NCBI RefSeq assembly: GCF_963921235.1
Contig: NC_086109.1
Location: 14,448,001-14,512,000, forward strand
Direction of reading: 5' to 3'
DNA length: 64,000 bases
DNA from: Mobula hypostoma
Taxonomy: Eukaryota
This document shows, in pieces, positions 1 through 12,501 of this stretch. Positions within the stretch are counted from its first letter, which is position 1; the number at the start of each line of letters is the position of its first letter. The notes under the pieces are model-generated. The model ran no database searches. It was not told where the DNA came from and saw only the letters and a list, made by a program, of their open reading frames with translations. The position numbers and the translations under genes were made by a program.

Positions 1-1182
1 TACCTCCAACAAATTGGTGCACAGGTCATAATTGTTTCATAAATACTATATTCTTGTTTGCACTAAAGTAGAATAAAAAATTCTTTACATGAATCTACTG
101 CAACTTGTGCTTTGTTTGATAAAATCAAATTGGAATTGCTTTTGCACCTTCAACACATGCTGTCCTTGTGTTGCAGTGCTTTGTGAAGATGGCCAGTGTA
201 TACCAACTACCACACAGTGGCCTACCTCAACTATTACTGGAACGTTAAATTGGCTGAAAGTGATATCAGAGTTAGTATGCAAACAACATGAAGTCTGGAC
301 AATGACTGAAAATTGGCTGCTGGCTTTGGTTGTTGCACAAGGTCAAGTTTTGCATCTGAGCTCTCAATGAACCCATTGTATGACTCAGAATACAACATCA
401 ACGGTTGGCTTGACTTCACTGGAAGAGGCAGGAAAATAGGGTTGAGAGAGAAAATATATCAGCCATGAATGAAATGTGGAGCAGACTCGGGTCAAATGGC
501 CCAATTCTGCTCCTCTTGTCTTACGGTAGCAGAATAACTTTTGTCATATTTAATTCTCTTGTGTTTCAGCTTCTAGCCTAATCCTCCTCCCACTTCACTT
601 CCTTCCAACCTGATGTATACCCCAACACCTCCATCCTCACTTTCTCAACCACTAAACTCATTCCTGTGCAAGTTCCCACATTTCCATACCTCATGTTTCC
701 TGCCACCTCTGTCTGTCTTACACATTCTGTGCCTCAGCTTACATTCCCCAGCCTGTACTGCACCCTTAGGATTGGTAATGGTGTCTTCCATATCACTCTC
801 CCTGCTTCCCCCCTTTGGCCACCCTGTCAAATTTGGAATGCGGATGAATTTTATTCCACATTCCATTCTTCTCATTGTGATTAGTGACAGCAGCCCAAAT
901 GAAGTCCTATTGCTGAATAAAACTGCATTAATGAGCATGACCTTGAATTTCACTGCATGAACACTAACATCCCCAACAACCATATGGAATAACATTCTCG
1001 CAAGACACCAAAGTACACCAAGTATATTACAGCGACTACTGAAAAACCCTCTTTAACCATTAGCTCTGATTTCTGAAAACAGATTGAATGAGGTTCTATT
1101 CTTAGTGTCAGAGCCATTATACATAAACTTCCTGTTCCTTTTATTAAAAAATAAAACTTTTCTCTCATAAATAAAAACATAA

Positions 1183-1385
1183 AACGCTGGATATATACTC
1201 AGCTGGCCAGGCTGCATCTGTAGAGAGAGAAAGTAAGTTAACCTTTCAGTCTTCCTTTGTCTGTCCTGTTGAAAAGTCATTCACCTGAGCTGTTCAATCT
1301 GTTTCTCTCTCCACAGATGCCACCTGATCTGCTGGGCTAATCCTGCATTTTCTGTTCTCTCTTCAGATTCCCAGCATCTGCACAT
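1183..1385. mobile_element. Old, diverged PLE-derived hairpin element
   Basis: aaacgctgga...ctcagctggccaggctgcatctg ... cagatgccacctgatctgctg...ccagcatctgca; same layout as 10253-10465. Confidence 0.65.
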
Positions 1386-2699
1386 TTTTTGCTTTGCAAA
1401 CTTTTCTTTCGATCCATCTAACAGTCTAATGCAATGAATGAATGAATGAAAGTGCGACTGAAGGTGAACTTCACTGAGAATGCAAGGAATGGTGAAAAGT
1501 TAACTCTCCAATCAGTGATACTGCAATCATTCGAGCAGAGGAATCCTTCACGCTGGAGATGGATCAATGAGAAGAATCACCTTGTCACGAATATTTTTTA
1601 CATTCGAGATGTTACAAGAACCAGTACGGGAATAACCAGCTAGTTTCAAGAGCCAGTAAGCCATCGTAGCACCAAACCACTGTGAAATCCACACTGAGAA
1701 AGGAGGCATTTGTACAATCGCCGGCACTTCAAAGCGTAAGTGGATCAGAAAGAGAAGTTGGGATAGGCCTTGTTTCCCATTGTGTAATCCTGATCCTCGC
1801 CCACTTTCCTATCTTACCCTTTGATTCCCTCTGTCCTCAAACCTGATCCATTTTATCTTGCGTATATTCAACGTGTAAAACTTTCTCTTTATCTCTAAGT
1901 GGGCACAATTCCTTATACCCAGGCTCTCATCTCCCCAGCTGGCATCCATCTTGTCAATCTCTCCCCCAGACTTGTATCTCATTTAGGTCCTCTCATTCTT
2001 CTGAACTCCAGTGAGTATTGACAATGCCACTCAGTCTCTTCTCCCGGGAAACAATAAACTCACTTGTCAATACGCCATTGCATGCGCGATGCTCCCAACG
2101 CTCATTGTCCCTCTGGACTTAGACTGGAACAATGTTGCAGCTGCAGCAAGCTCAGACTGATGAGCTGATTCCCACTGCTTTTCCACATTGCTCTGTATTC
2201 AAACTCATTTAGCAGTGATGCTCAAATACAATGATACATTTAATGCCAATCACATTGTTAGTCAAAAGATTCTGCGATTATTTTGTTTTACTTTATTGAG
2301 GTACAGCACGGAATAGGCCCTTCCGGCCCTTTAAACCACGCCACCCAGCAACCCCTAATTTAATTCTAGCCTAATCACGGGACAATTTACAATGGCCAAT
2401 TAGCCTACCAACTGGTACTTCTTTGGACTATGGGAGGAAACTGGAGCAGCCGGAGGAAACTCACATAGTCATGGGGGGATCGTACAAACTCCTTACAGGA
2501 CCTAACCTTGGTTCTAGGGACCCACACTTATCATCTGAACCAGTAACATTGGCTGCCCTATTATCCCATGTCATACATTACTAGGAAGACTGAGGCAAAG
2601 TAAGGCTCTGAGCTGCAACATTACTATTAGTCCAGCAAAAAGCAGTTGGTGTGAAGGTCTGCTTTGCTTTACAGATATGTGTCTTTAATCCATTTAGAG

Positions 2700-3090
2700 A
2701 ACTGCAGCCTAGTCAACACCCTCAACCATTCCCCACTATCAAGGATATCTTCAATAGGTGAAGCCTCAAAAAGGGGACATCCATCGTTAAGGAACCCACC
2801 ACCCAGGGCATGCCCTCTTCTCATTACATCAATCAGGAAGGAGGTACAGGAGCCTGAATATTTTAGGAACAGTTTCTTCGCCTCTGCCGTCAGATTTCTG
2901 AATGGACAATGAACCTATGAATGCTACCTCATTATTTTTGCTTTCATTTTGCACCACTTATTCAATATTTTATATATATATATATTTCTTATTGCAATTT
3001 ATAGTATATTTTATGTATTTTACTGCAACGCTGCTGCAAAAAAACAAGTTTCACGACATATGTCAGTGATAATGAACTTGGTTTTGATTC
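2700..3090 (+). mobile_element. LINE ORF2 C-terminus and 3' UTR remnant (L2/Rex-like)
   Basis: FRNSFFASAVRFLNG; similar ends at ~31770-32140, ~35710-36190 and ~55190-55380. Confidence 0.65.
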
Positions 3091-5489
3091 AGAGTTACTA
3101 TGGACTAAAGGTGGTATTCCTGTGCAATCCTCGCCCTCTTCTGAGCATTCACCTTGGCTGGCTGTCCTTTCCGGAGTCTCGCCGTAACCTTGGACAAAGT
3201 GTTAAGCAAGTCAGAGTATGAGCTGACTGTTCTATTGCAGAGGAGACTAACGTTTGAGAACTTGGACCTTCTCACCACCCTGAAGGGTGGTCTGCTGACT
3301 GCGGATTGCAGTTAAATAGGTAAGTGCCTTAACAGTTCTAGAAATAAATCCTGATTGAAGCCACGTTACTGATTGATGGTCAGTGAGACTAGCTAATTCA
3401 ACGGCGTACACTGTCTCACAATGTATCTCATATCTACACACAGTGGAACTTCCGACTGACAGGACTGCAAGTGCACATCAGGACCAGTGGCAGGAGCTCA
3501 GCCCCTTTACATTCCACCATAAACTTTTCATCTTTATACAGAGCTATAACAAAATAAAACACATAAATACAGGGTAAAAGTTCAGTGGTATCCTGCAGTG
3601 AGCCTCGATGTAACGATTACTTCAAATATCCAACACCGTATTCGATGAATCACTCAAGGAGCTCATCAGTAGCCAGGGCACTGCACTTGATGCAAGTTCT
3701 GAAGAATGGAACTATCGTCCTAAGTTGCAATGCAAGCTGCCGGGCCGTTGCCATGAAAAATACGTCACATTGCACAGACGAGCAGCAGCTGTTCGAAAAC
3801 AATGGACTTGGCCACGTGGCTAGGTGGATTAGCTGGTTACATATTAGCAGGTCCACATTCAGGCTGCTCCAGATTAGCTGCCAAAAAATGTTAGACATAA
3901 AAGCAGAGCTGAAGGAGATTTTTTTTTTGTCCATCTCCAAGATTTTTGACAAAGATTTTTGCTCAGGTTTTGTACTAAGTTACAGCAGTGATACCAACTG
4001 GTCTGGGAGAGAAGAAAAGTCTGAGAAGGGACTTCAATTTAAATTGGTGTACTTGTTCTTTGTGGTGATCCATGATGGAGATACCTTTGAGAGATTTCAC
4101 ATAATTATCATTTTGGAGCAATTGAGGAGCTAACTTGGAGCGGCCCACTTTGGTGAGAACGTCATCAGACAAGCAAGTGAAGTACACTGCTGGTATCACA
4201 TGGACGCTGGTCGGAGATGGAGCACCAGAAGACCATTTGGAAGGTGGTCTCTGTTCCAATCTCCTGCAGCCTTAATGATGGATTCTTGCCCCTGCCCTTG
4301 TTCACCACCGGTGGAATCATTGTTCCTGGTGAAACACCTCACCCTTAAATGGAGACATAAAACTATCAACAGTAAATGGTCCAGGTGCCGGTCGATGGGA
4401 CCAGTCAGAGTAATAGTTTGTCACGGACTAGATGGGCTGAAGGGCCTATTTCTGTGCTGTAGTGTTCTATGACTCTAAATGTGTTTAGCCATGTCTTCCC
4501 ATCATCCCTAGCTCCTAATCCTCATTGCCTGTGTACAGCAGGGTCCACATGGGACAATAATGTTCCCCCAGTGAGCGATGTTGGGTGCCTAGTCCTAGTC
4601 TCTCTTTTGTGACGGTAGAGATATGCTCAAGTGATCCCACAGTTGGCTTATTATCTTCAAGGGTCACCACCGGATAACTACTACCACTGTCAATTTCAAC
4701 TGCCCCTTCCTGAAAGGAGAAAGGCATAGCTAAAGCGCCTTTCCTGATCGCAGGCCATCCAAAGTAGAAAGTCCGTTTTTGCAGACAGCAGGGTCCCGCT
4801 TTGGTTTTAGCTGTGGGGTAAGTAGCAGATGGGTATAGGGGCGAACTTCCCTGCTCTTCAAGATGTCTCAGCCTGACTTATCAGTTGGGGTTTAACACCT
4901 TGTTTGAAAGGTGTCACTTCCAAGAGTTCATCACTCAGGGATCAATAGGCAAAAATCCTCTGCTCAAGGCTTGAAACTCTAACATAAAGCCTTTGAGTAA
5001 GGATGCTTCCTGCTGACTTAAAGGCCAATACACCTCTTTTTAGTGGACATATTCACCCTTCAATACAATGCACCCCATAATATTCCGTTCTCTCTTCCTG
5101 TCAAGTTCTGGGGAAACTTGGATCCCACGACAGTTCCTTCTAAAAAGTCACTCCACATCATTAGAATTTCACACTGCACACATTTAAAAATAAAATACTC
5201 CTTTCCAGACTTTCCTTTTCTTGAGGACTCAGTTGGTCAAATTTAAAAAAAAACTTATTGCATGAAGTACGACAAGAAACTCTTCGGTAAATACTGCATC
5301 TCTGGAGGGACAGCCTTCACTGAATGTCAAGTCGCCCACTCAGTCCTGGTTTCTGGGTCTCAGCTGGTCCCCGATAAGACGCATTATCCGTCCATTCAAG
5401 CCAGCAGGTAGTGCTGTTGGAGCTCAGCCAGCCTTCAGTACGTTGACCCGTGACACTTGATAGCAGCGATAGCCTGAGCTGCAAAGGAT

Positions 5490-5880
5490 CAGGATCAGCT
5501 TTATTCACTATATACATTTCCATGTGTTAGGAACTTGCTGTGGGCTGTTAGCACAACATGCGACAAAAAAATAACAACATTCAACTATTAGAATAAAGAA
5601 TTATATTAAAAACTTACAAGTTTAAGTATGGATATGGAATAAAATGTGCATAAATACATCAATACCAGCATGTATTTACAATGTAAACAGTGGTTTATAG
5701 TGTCCACAGTGCAGTGCAGTGCTGGGGGTAATTGATAGAGAGGGTGGTTGATCAGATTAACTGCCATGGGGAAGAAGGTATGATTTTGTTTTAATAGCCC
5801 TATAGAGCTTTCTGGGAGGGAGCTTTCAAAAAAAGGCAATCTGCAGGGCGGGTGGTGTCCACAAAGATCTTTCCTGCCCG
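5490..5880 (-). mobile_element. LINE 3'-end remnant; second copy at ~38110-38590
   Basis: Both copies share ctttattcac(t/c)atata...aataaagaattatat...gttgatcagattaa. Confidence 0.7.
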
Positions 5881-6163
5881 CTACTAACTTTGGCTGGCAG
5901 ATTTGATGTCTGCTGTGCATTGTGTTATGGGAGATATGCTTTTAATCAAGTCCGTTTTTAATACTGTGATCAAGGAAAATAAATGAACATTTGCAATGAG
6001 TAAGTATCACGTGATTTGTTATTAGAGATGTCACATAATCAGTAGAACTGGTCATCCTGAGAATAAGAAATGTCAGTAGTTTGCATCATTCCATAATCAG
6101 GTAATTACAGTCAACACAAGTAAGTTAAAAATGACAAATGTTTTCTTAAAAGTGCTTACTTCT

Positions 6164-6264
6164 TCAGACACACATTAAATGGCTTCCATCAGTGACCTGT
6201 GGTGCCAGTGATGAGAGGGGTGATGATGGCGGGGTTGATGGACTTGATGCGTCCGATGCTGGAA
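6164..6264 (-). CDS. PLEKHA6: PLEKHA6 last coding exon (V)PASDASSPSTPPSSPLSSLAPQVTDGSHLMCV*
   Basis: ttccatttag|TT CCA (phase 1), TGA at 6166-6164, then AGAA|gtaagc. Not in the ORF track. Confidence 0.9.
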
Positions 6265-6439
6265 CTAAATGGAATGAAAGGATGGAATAAATGAAGCAGA
6301 CTTCATGACAAGATCCTCCTTACAGCACCCTCAATCACATCTCCCTGCAACAGAGACCTGCCCTTCTATAGTGCTGCATTCTTCACTCTCCTCCCATGTT
6401 TCTGCAACCTTACCTGCTTCCTCCACAGTCACAGTTCCA

Positions 6440-6900
6440 GAGTTCAAAGTACATTTATTATCATTGTATGTATGCTATGTACAACCTTGAGACTCGTCTC
6501 CTTACAGGCAGCCACAAAACAAAGAAATCCAATAGAACCCATTTAAAAAAGATACCCATTGTGCAGAAAACAATTTGTGCAGACAATAAAAGTAAGCAAA
6601 TAACGTTCAAAACTGAAGTTCACGAAAGTGAGACCACGGCCACAAAGCCAGTCAGAGCCAACCCGGAAGCCTTTAGTTGCAGGCCTCAGCCTCAGTTCAG
6701 TGCAGAGACAAGAAAACCTCGCCAAGCAGTGAGCTAAACACTGGCCTGTCTGTCACCTCCAGCCCCGACACTCTGACTTTTTCCAATCTTGCCCAGCGCC
6801 TAAGTCGGCCAAACTTTGGGTCGTTGCTCACTCACGGACCTGGGCCTTACCACTTTGAAACACTCTTGGGCCTGGGACCCACTGCCTCAATTCGGCCTGT
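6440..6900 (-). mobile_element. Non-coding non-LTR-derived repeat with (CTTTGAA)-type tail; inverted copy at ~50690-51190
   Basis: Both copies share aagcaaataacgttca(a/g)aactg...gttcacgaaagtga and the cccaaa/ccaaactttgggtc block. Confidence 0.7.
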
Positions 6901-8754
6901 AGCAGACGTTTCCCATATGCACAATTCCACAGAATCAAGTGATGTAACCTGGAAAGGGGTCCAGATTCACGCTGCCCATTCAACTACATGGTTTTGAACT
7001 AATCCTACCCTTGTCCATCTTTTCTTCCCACATTCTCATCAATACACCCCAGCTACACACTGGGGGCAACTTCCAACGGCCAATTCACTCACCAACTTGC
7101 ATCTATCTGAATGCTGGGGGAAATCAAGGCACACAGAGGAAGCCTGCAGAATCACAGGTACAAACCCCACACATCTCCTATTCTCCATTTTAAGCTACTG
7201 ATCTTCCACTTTGCCCTCTGGTTCTCTGGACTACTGCATAGAGTTTCCTCACACCCACAGCTTGACCTGTCCTCCCTCTTCTTCCAATCAATGACCATAC
7301 GGCAATGGACCGGTCTCCCACTTCGACTGGTGCAACCACTCTACTGGCCATTCTGTGCAGAGTTAACCTTTGGTCAGTGCTCTGTGCAGCTTGACAGGTC
7401 AGACACCTACACACAATTCCTCCAGATCTCCAAAGTTAGTGATGAAGTAAGATTAATGTGAGGATGTAACAGAGAAATGAAATGTTTCTGCTTTTAGTAA
7501 GGAATGTTGCCAGCGGGCCAACCCCAAACAACCACTCAGTGTTCAGGGGATTTTGTTAAAATAGAACCTGAGCACATACATGATCTGCCTTGACTTTATT
7601 GCTCTTCCCCTGGCCCTGGATAGGGGATATTAGGCTCACTCCTTTACCATACCTGCTTTGAGGTTTTGCAAAACTTAAAGCACAGTAATAGGCCAGTCAG
7701 CCTTCTAGGGAAGGGCTTGTAGGTTGATAGCTTCATGCTCATGAACCAATGGGGTTTGTTGGATGGTGTTTCACTTGAAGACCCAGGGAAATGGAATGCA
7801 GGTCGGAATGAGGTCTCTGCAGTGAGGCTCTGTAAATCCCGAAATCTACAATGGACACCTCATTGCTCTAAACATATTTCCACACTGGAGTCCTAGGCAT
7901 TTATTGAGCTTGGGAGGAAATCCTAGGAGATCTGAGAGTCTGCAGGATTTGTCCACTAGTTGTCGAATCTGCACTCCTTGTAATTTTTCCTGGCTTAGTG
8001 TGGCAACTCCACTGTCGTATCCTAGTAGAGCACTGTCTACATTAACAGTCCCCTTGTACTCAAATTGCTACTGGGTTAAAGACTACACAGACTCCAGATA
8101 GGATCAGTGTTTGATGGGTCAGCTACATGGAAACTGCTACTCCATGGCAGAAGGTAGATCTTGTGGTAGGGGAAGGAGAAAGATGGCTCCTTATCATGGA
8201 GGTGAGTGTTCCTGCTTCAGCCCTCCAGTGAACTGCTGGGACCTCTTCAAGTGATCCAGAATCTCTACTTTCATCGATTCATAGAGCAATACAGCACAGA
8301 AAGGGGAGCCTCGGCCTAACTCATCCAGCCAACCAAGATGCCCATGCCCCAGGGAGTTTCTAAGTGCATTACATCCGGAGGACAAAAGGCCCTATCCGGA
8401 TGCATCTCAGTTTGGTATAGTAACCTTTACCGCAAGAAACTGCAGAGTTGTGGACACAGTCCAGCACATCATGAAAATTGGCACATCCCCCTCCCCGCCC
8501 CCCGTCCCCCGTCATCCCAGGGACACTGTTTACCTCTATTGTTGCCTTGGAAACGCAGCCAATGGAATTAAATTAGGCAGAATATACACAAGTCTGAACA
8601 TACCACCAGGCTCAAGGACAGCTTCTATCCTGCTGTTACAAGATTATTGAACAGAACCCATGTATATTGAATAAGAACACTTGACCTCACAATCTACCTG
8701 ATCATGGCCTTGCACCTGATCATCTACACTTTCTCTGTAGCTGTCACACTATAT

Positions 8755-9130
8755 TTCTCTTTGGAGTGGAGGAGGATGAGAGGTGACTTGACAGAGGCAC
8801 ACAGATAGTGGACAACCAGCAACTTTTTCCCCAGGGAGGTAATGGCTAATAGGAGAGGGCATAATTTTAGGGTGATTGGAGGTAAATATAGGGGAGATGT
8901 CAGAGGTGAGTTCTTTACAAAGCGAATGGTGGGTGTGTGGAACACCCTGTCAGAGGTGGTGGTAGAGGCAGATACATTAGGGACATTTAAGAGTTGAGGG
9001 ACTCCTAGATAGGTACACAGATGAAAGAAGAATAGAGGGCGATCTGGGAGGGAAGTGTTAGATTGGCCTTGGAGTAGAGTAAAACACCGTGGGCCGAAGG
9101 GTCTGTATTGTGCTGTACTGTTCTACGTCC
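8755..9130 (+). mobile_element. CR1 3' fragment
   Basis: tttctctttggagtggaggaggatgagaggtgacttga...; shares the 3' end of other CR1 copies. Confidence 0.8.
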
Positions 9131-9263
9131 CGTATTGTTATTGCTTTTCCTTTGTTCTATCTTGACATAATGATGCTGCAAGATGATCCACATGGATGGC
9201 ATGCAAATGGACCTCAGTATATATGACAATAAACCAGCAATAATCCAATCCCCTCACCTTTAC

Positions 9264-9406
9264 CTGATATGAGCCGGCTTCGTCTGGATGCCTCCGTGGC
9301 CAGAGCACATGAGATCTCAATCCTCTTCTCCTGTTCCTGCAGCTGAAGTTCGGGATCCATGTTACTGTCACTGAGCCCCTCCGTTAGTGGGACAATGTTC
9401 TGCAAA
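9264..9406 (-). CDS. PLEKHA6: PLEKHA6 exon (S)LQNIVPLTEGLSDSNMDPELQLQEQEKRIEISCALATEASRRSRLIS
   Basis: ccctgttag|T TTG...TCA G|gtaaag; 143 nt, phase 2-1; second in-frame donor 6 nt further (exon end 9258). Confidence 0.94.
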
Positions 9407-9974
9407 CTAACAGGGAACAGCATTCACGAGGACTATCCAATGCAGAGGAAGCCCCTCCCTCACCCTCCTATGTGAATACCCAATTCCAGGAAAGGTCTTG
9501 ATTGCAAGCAAACTCCTCATGGGATTTTTCTACGGTCCCTTGAACTCACCGGGCAGCAGGACTCCATTTGGGACCAGCTTCAGAACCCTCTCAGACTCTG
9601 TGAGTACCCACTCCTGCCATACAGTTGCATTTACAAATGAACTAATCACAAGACTCACACAACGAAGGTGAACCAGTTGCTGAAACTTCTCATGGGTGGG
9701 GGGTGCTGTGGAAGGACGGGCTGGAGGAGCAAATTTTCTCACTTCATGAAGAGGAGATGAAATTGTTTCTGCATGCACCATCTCAAAGAAGTTTCATTGG
9801 GATCGTGTGACTATGGGGGCATATCATTTGGAATTTGGAAGACAGGTCTTTTTCCACCCAACCACAATTGCACCCAGGAACTGAAGATCAGAGAGTGGCT
9901 TTCTACTGAAACCTATGCATTTTGGTAGTAGTGCTTGTCAGATCATTTCAAAGGGCAACTATATATCTGCATTA

Positions 9975-10500
9975 GAATACGGAACAGGCCCTTTGGCCCT
10001 CAATGCCAAATTAAACTAAATTTCTTCTGCCTGTATATGACCTACATTTGTATGTTTATCTAACAGCTTCTTAAGCACAATTAACATACTTACTTCTAGG
10101 ACTAACCCTGAGGGTCTTTTCCAGGCCCCTGTATGTAAAAAAAACTTGCCCTGCACACCTTCGATAAACATTTCCCCTCTCACTTTAAATGCATGCCTTC
10201 TAGTACTTGAAATTTCTATGCAGGGGGAAAGGTACTGACCTTTTATATATGCAAACAACAGGAATTCTGCAGATGCTGGAAATTCAAGCAACACACATCA
10301 AAGTTGCTGGTGAACGCAGCAGGCCAGGCAGCATCTCTAGGAAGAGGTACAGTCGACGTTTCAGGCCGAGACCTTTCGTCAGGAGGCCTGAAACGTCAAC
10401 TGTACCTCTTCCTAGAGATGCTGCCTGGCCTGCTGCGTTCATCAGCAACTTTGATGTGTGTTGCTTGACCTTTTATATATGCCTCTCAGAATCTTGTGAT
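9975..10500 (-). mobile_element. CR1 3' fragment, host of the palindromic PLE element
   Basis: RRHAFKVRGEMFIEGVQGKFF...LDKHTN; CR1 ORF2 C-terminus. Confidence 0.75.
10253..10465. mobile_element. Palindromic non-autonomous Penelope-derived element with hammerhead core
   Basis: 84-bp inverted arms (10284-10367 and 10385-10468, 2 mismatches); arms match the PLE terminus at 57381-57460; direct repeat TGACCTTTTATATATGC at 10236-10252 and 10466-10482. Confidence 0.88.
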
Positions 10501-10654
10501 ACTGTAGTCACAGACTAGCTATGATTGTACGATGATGGAGTTCTTTTAACTGTGGGGCCAGCTGAGGTTACTACCACCAAGACCCAGGTTGTTCCAGAAA
10601 TCCCTGCTCTGCTACCCAACTGTGTTCTATAGCTTTCGTGAGGTGACAGGGTAC

Positions 10655-10788
10655 CTGGACTTTGCGATGAGGGTTTTGATTCGTTCCACTTTCTTCTGCT
10701 TCTCTTTGATCTCCTCTGGACTAAGAGGGAGCTCCGGCTCAAACTCAATGTAACGTTCTGGGATGAAGACTTTATCTGGTGTGGACAA
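10655..10788 (-). CDS. PLEKHA6: PLEKHA6 exon LSTPDKVFIPERYIEFEPELPLSPEEIKEKQKKVERIKTLIAKS
   Basis: cctttcattcag|TTG...TCC AG|gtaccc; 134 nt, phase 0-2. Confidence 0.95.
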
Positions 10789-10934
10789 CTGAATGAAAGG
10801 CAAACAGAACGAGAACAGGGAGGAGTTTACAACTTGGACATGTTGAATGCGGCTTGTCCTTTGTGAAGCAAACAGCGACACACAAATACCTCAAGAAATG
10901 AGTTAGGTCAGCACCAGGGAGCTGAATATTTTTT

Positions 10935-11255
10935 GCACATCTAGTCTGTGCAGAACTATTATTTTGCCGAGTTCCATCGATCCACACCCAGACTATCACC
11001 CTCCATTCCCTTTTCATCCATGTACTTATCCAAACTTCTCTTAAATGTTGAAATCGAACCTGCATCCACTACTTCCACTGGCAGCTCGTTCCACACTTTC
11101 ACCACTCTCTGAGTGAAGAAATTCCCCCTCAGGTTCCCATTAAGTATCTCAACCTTTCACCCTTAACCCATCACCTCTAGTTCTAGTCTCACATACGCTC
11201 CGTGGAAAAAGCCTGCTTGCATTTACCCTTTCTATACCCCTCATAATTTTGTACA
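10935..11255 (-). mobile_element. CR1 3' fragment
   Basis: ggcagctcgttccacactttcaccactctctgagtgaagaaattccccctcagg; same family as 29560-29910. Confidence 0.8.
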
Positions 11256-11749
11256 CTTGTTTGGGCATCCGAACAGTTTACTTGGAGACTGGGTCTGTTG
11301 CCTCCAAAGTACACTCCATCACCTTCCCAAATGTCCCTGTACCACGTACCACTTCGACCTTTCAAGGAAGGCTCGATAAGGATGTCAGATCCTAACCTTT
11401 CCAAATGTGACTCAGTAGAGAGCTGTGGACTGATAGTGAGCGTGTAATGTGTGATAAACATGAACAGTCACCAACTCTACCACAAAGAAGCAAAATGCTG
11501 CAGCTGGTGAAAATTCGAATCAAGAAATAGAAATTCAGCCACCAGAGGGCAGCCTCCATGGAGACAGCAACTGAGTTAATCCTGATGGCATAATCCCATG
11601 TGATCTCATGTGCTTGAGTCCGAGCAATTTCATTAACACAGAGTGAACACCAGGAAAGAAGAAGACCTTCAGTCTTCTGGTCCATACCATCCTTCACCCA
11701 AGCTTCTCTCAGCCACTACACCATTTAATTTTTTCCATCTTTTCTAATT

Positions 11750-12115
11750 TAGACCATAACACCATAAGATATAGGAGCAGATTAGGCCATTTGGCTAATC
11801 ACAGCTCATCCGCCATTTCATCATGGCTGATCTATTTTTTCTCCCAGCCCCAATCTCCTGTCCCTTCATGCCCTGATTAATGAAGAATCTAACAACCTCT
11901 GCCTTAAATATACCCAATGACTTGGCCTCCACAACTGCCTGTGGCAATGAATTCCACAGATTCACCACTCTCTAGCTAAAGAAATTCCTCATCATCTCCA
12001 GTCTAAAAGGTCACCCCTCTATTCTGAGGCTGTGTCCTCTGGTCAGACTCCCTCACCTTAGGAAACATCCTCTCCACATCAAGGCCTTTCAACATTCGAT
12101 AGGTTTCAATGAGGT
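11750..12115 (-). mobile_element. CR1 3' fragment
   Basis: accataagatataggagcag...ggcaatgaattccacagattcaccactct; same family as 15903 and 39884. Confidence 0.8.
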
Positions 12116-12339
12116 TCTGTGAATCATCAAGCTTGCCCAATAAAATCACCTCCCCAATTAGCCTTAACTACCCTACAATTGTGAGCATATAATCATTAAT
12201 AGTCATCGAAGTCAGTCTGTGATGAAGAAGCACCAATACAACTGTGTACCTCCAACTATTCCTCAGGCACAGCACATACCCAAGTTCTCACTGTCTTAAC
12301 ACCAACACTGCCTTCTAACCATCGCCCCACGTCACAGAC

Positions 12340-12501
12340 CTCCTTGTTGATGTCCAAGGAGTAGTGTTCTGGCTCCAGGTCCATCCTTCTCAGTCGTGCG
12401 ATCTCCTCCCTCGGAGTCTCGTGGTATTTGCCTGTAAAGTCCTCCCGGACAGCTGCCTCCAGCTGAGAGATATCAATCTCCGTGGTCTTACGGCGGGGAA
12501 C
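12340..12501 (-). CDS. PLEKHA6: PLEKHA6 exon VPRRKTTEIDISQLEAAVREDFTGKYHETPREEIARLRRMDLEPEHYSLDINKE
   Basis: catgaccag|GTT...GAG|gtctgt; 162 nt, phase 0-0. Confidence 0.93.

Noticed and set aside
72..77. AATAAA as poly(A) signal of a neighbouring plus-strand gene
   Set aside because: The hexamer alone is uninformative and no upstream gene is visible in the window.
3585..4133. 182-aa plus-strand ORF
   Set aside because: Non-ATG start, no recognisable domain or splice structure; probably chance, antisense to the likely 3'UTR.
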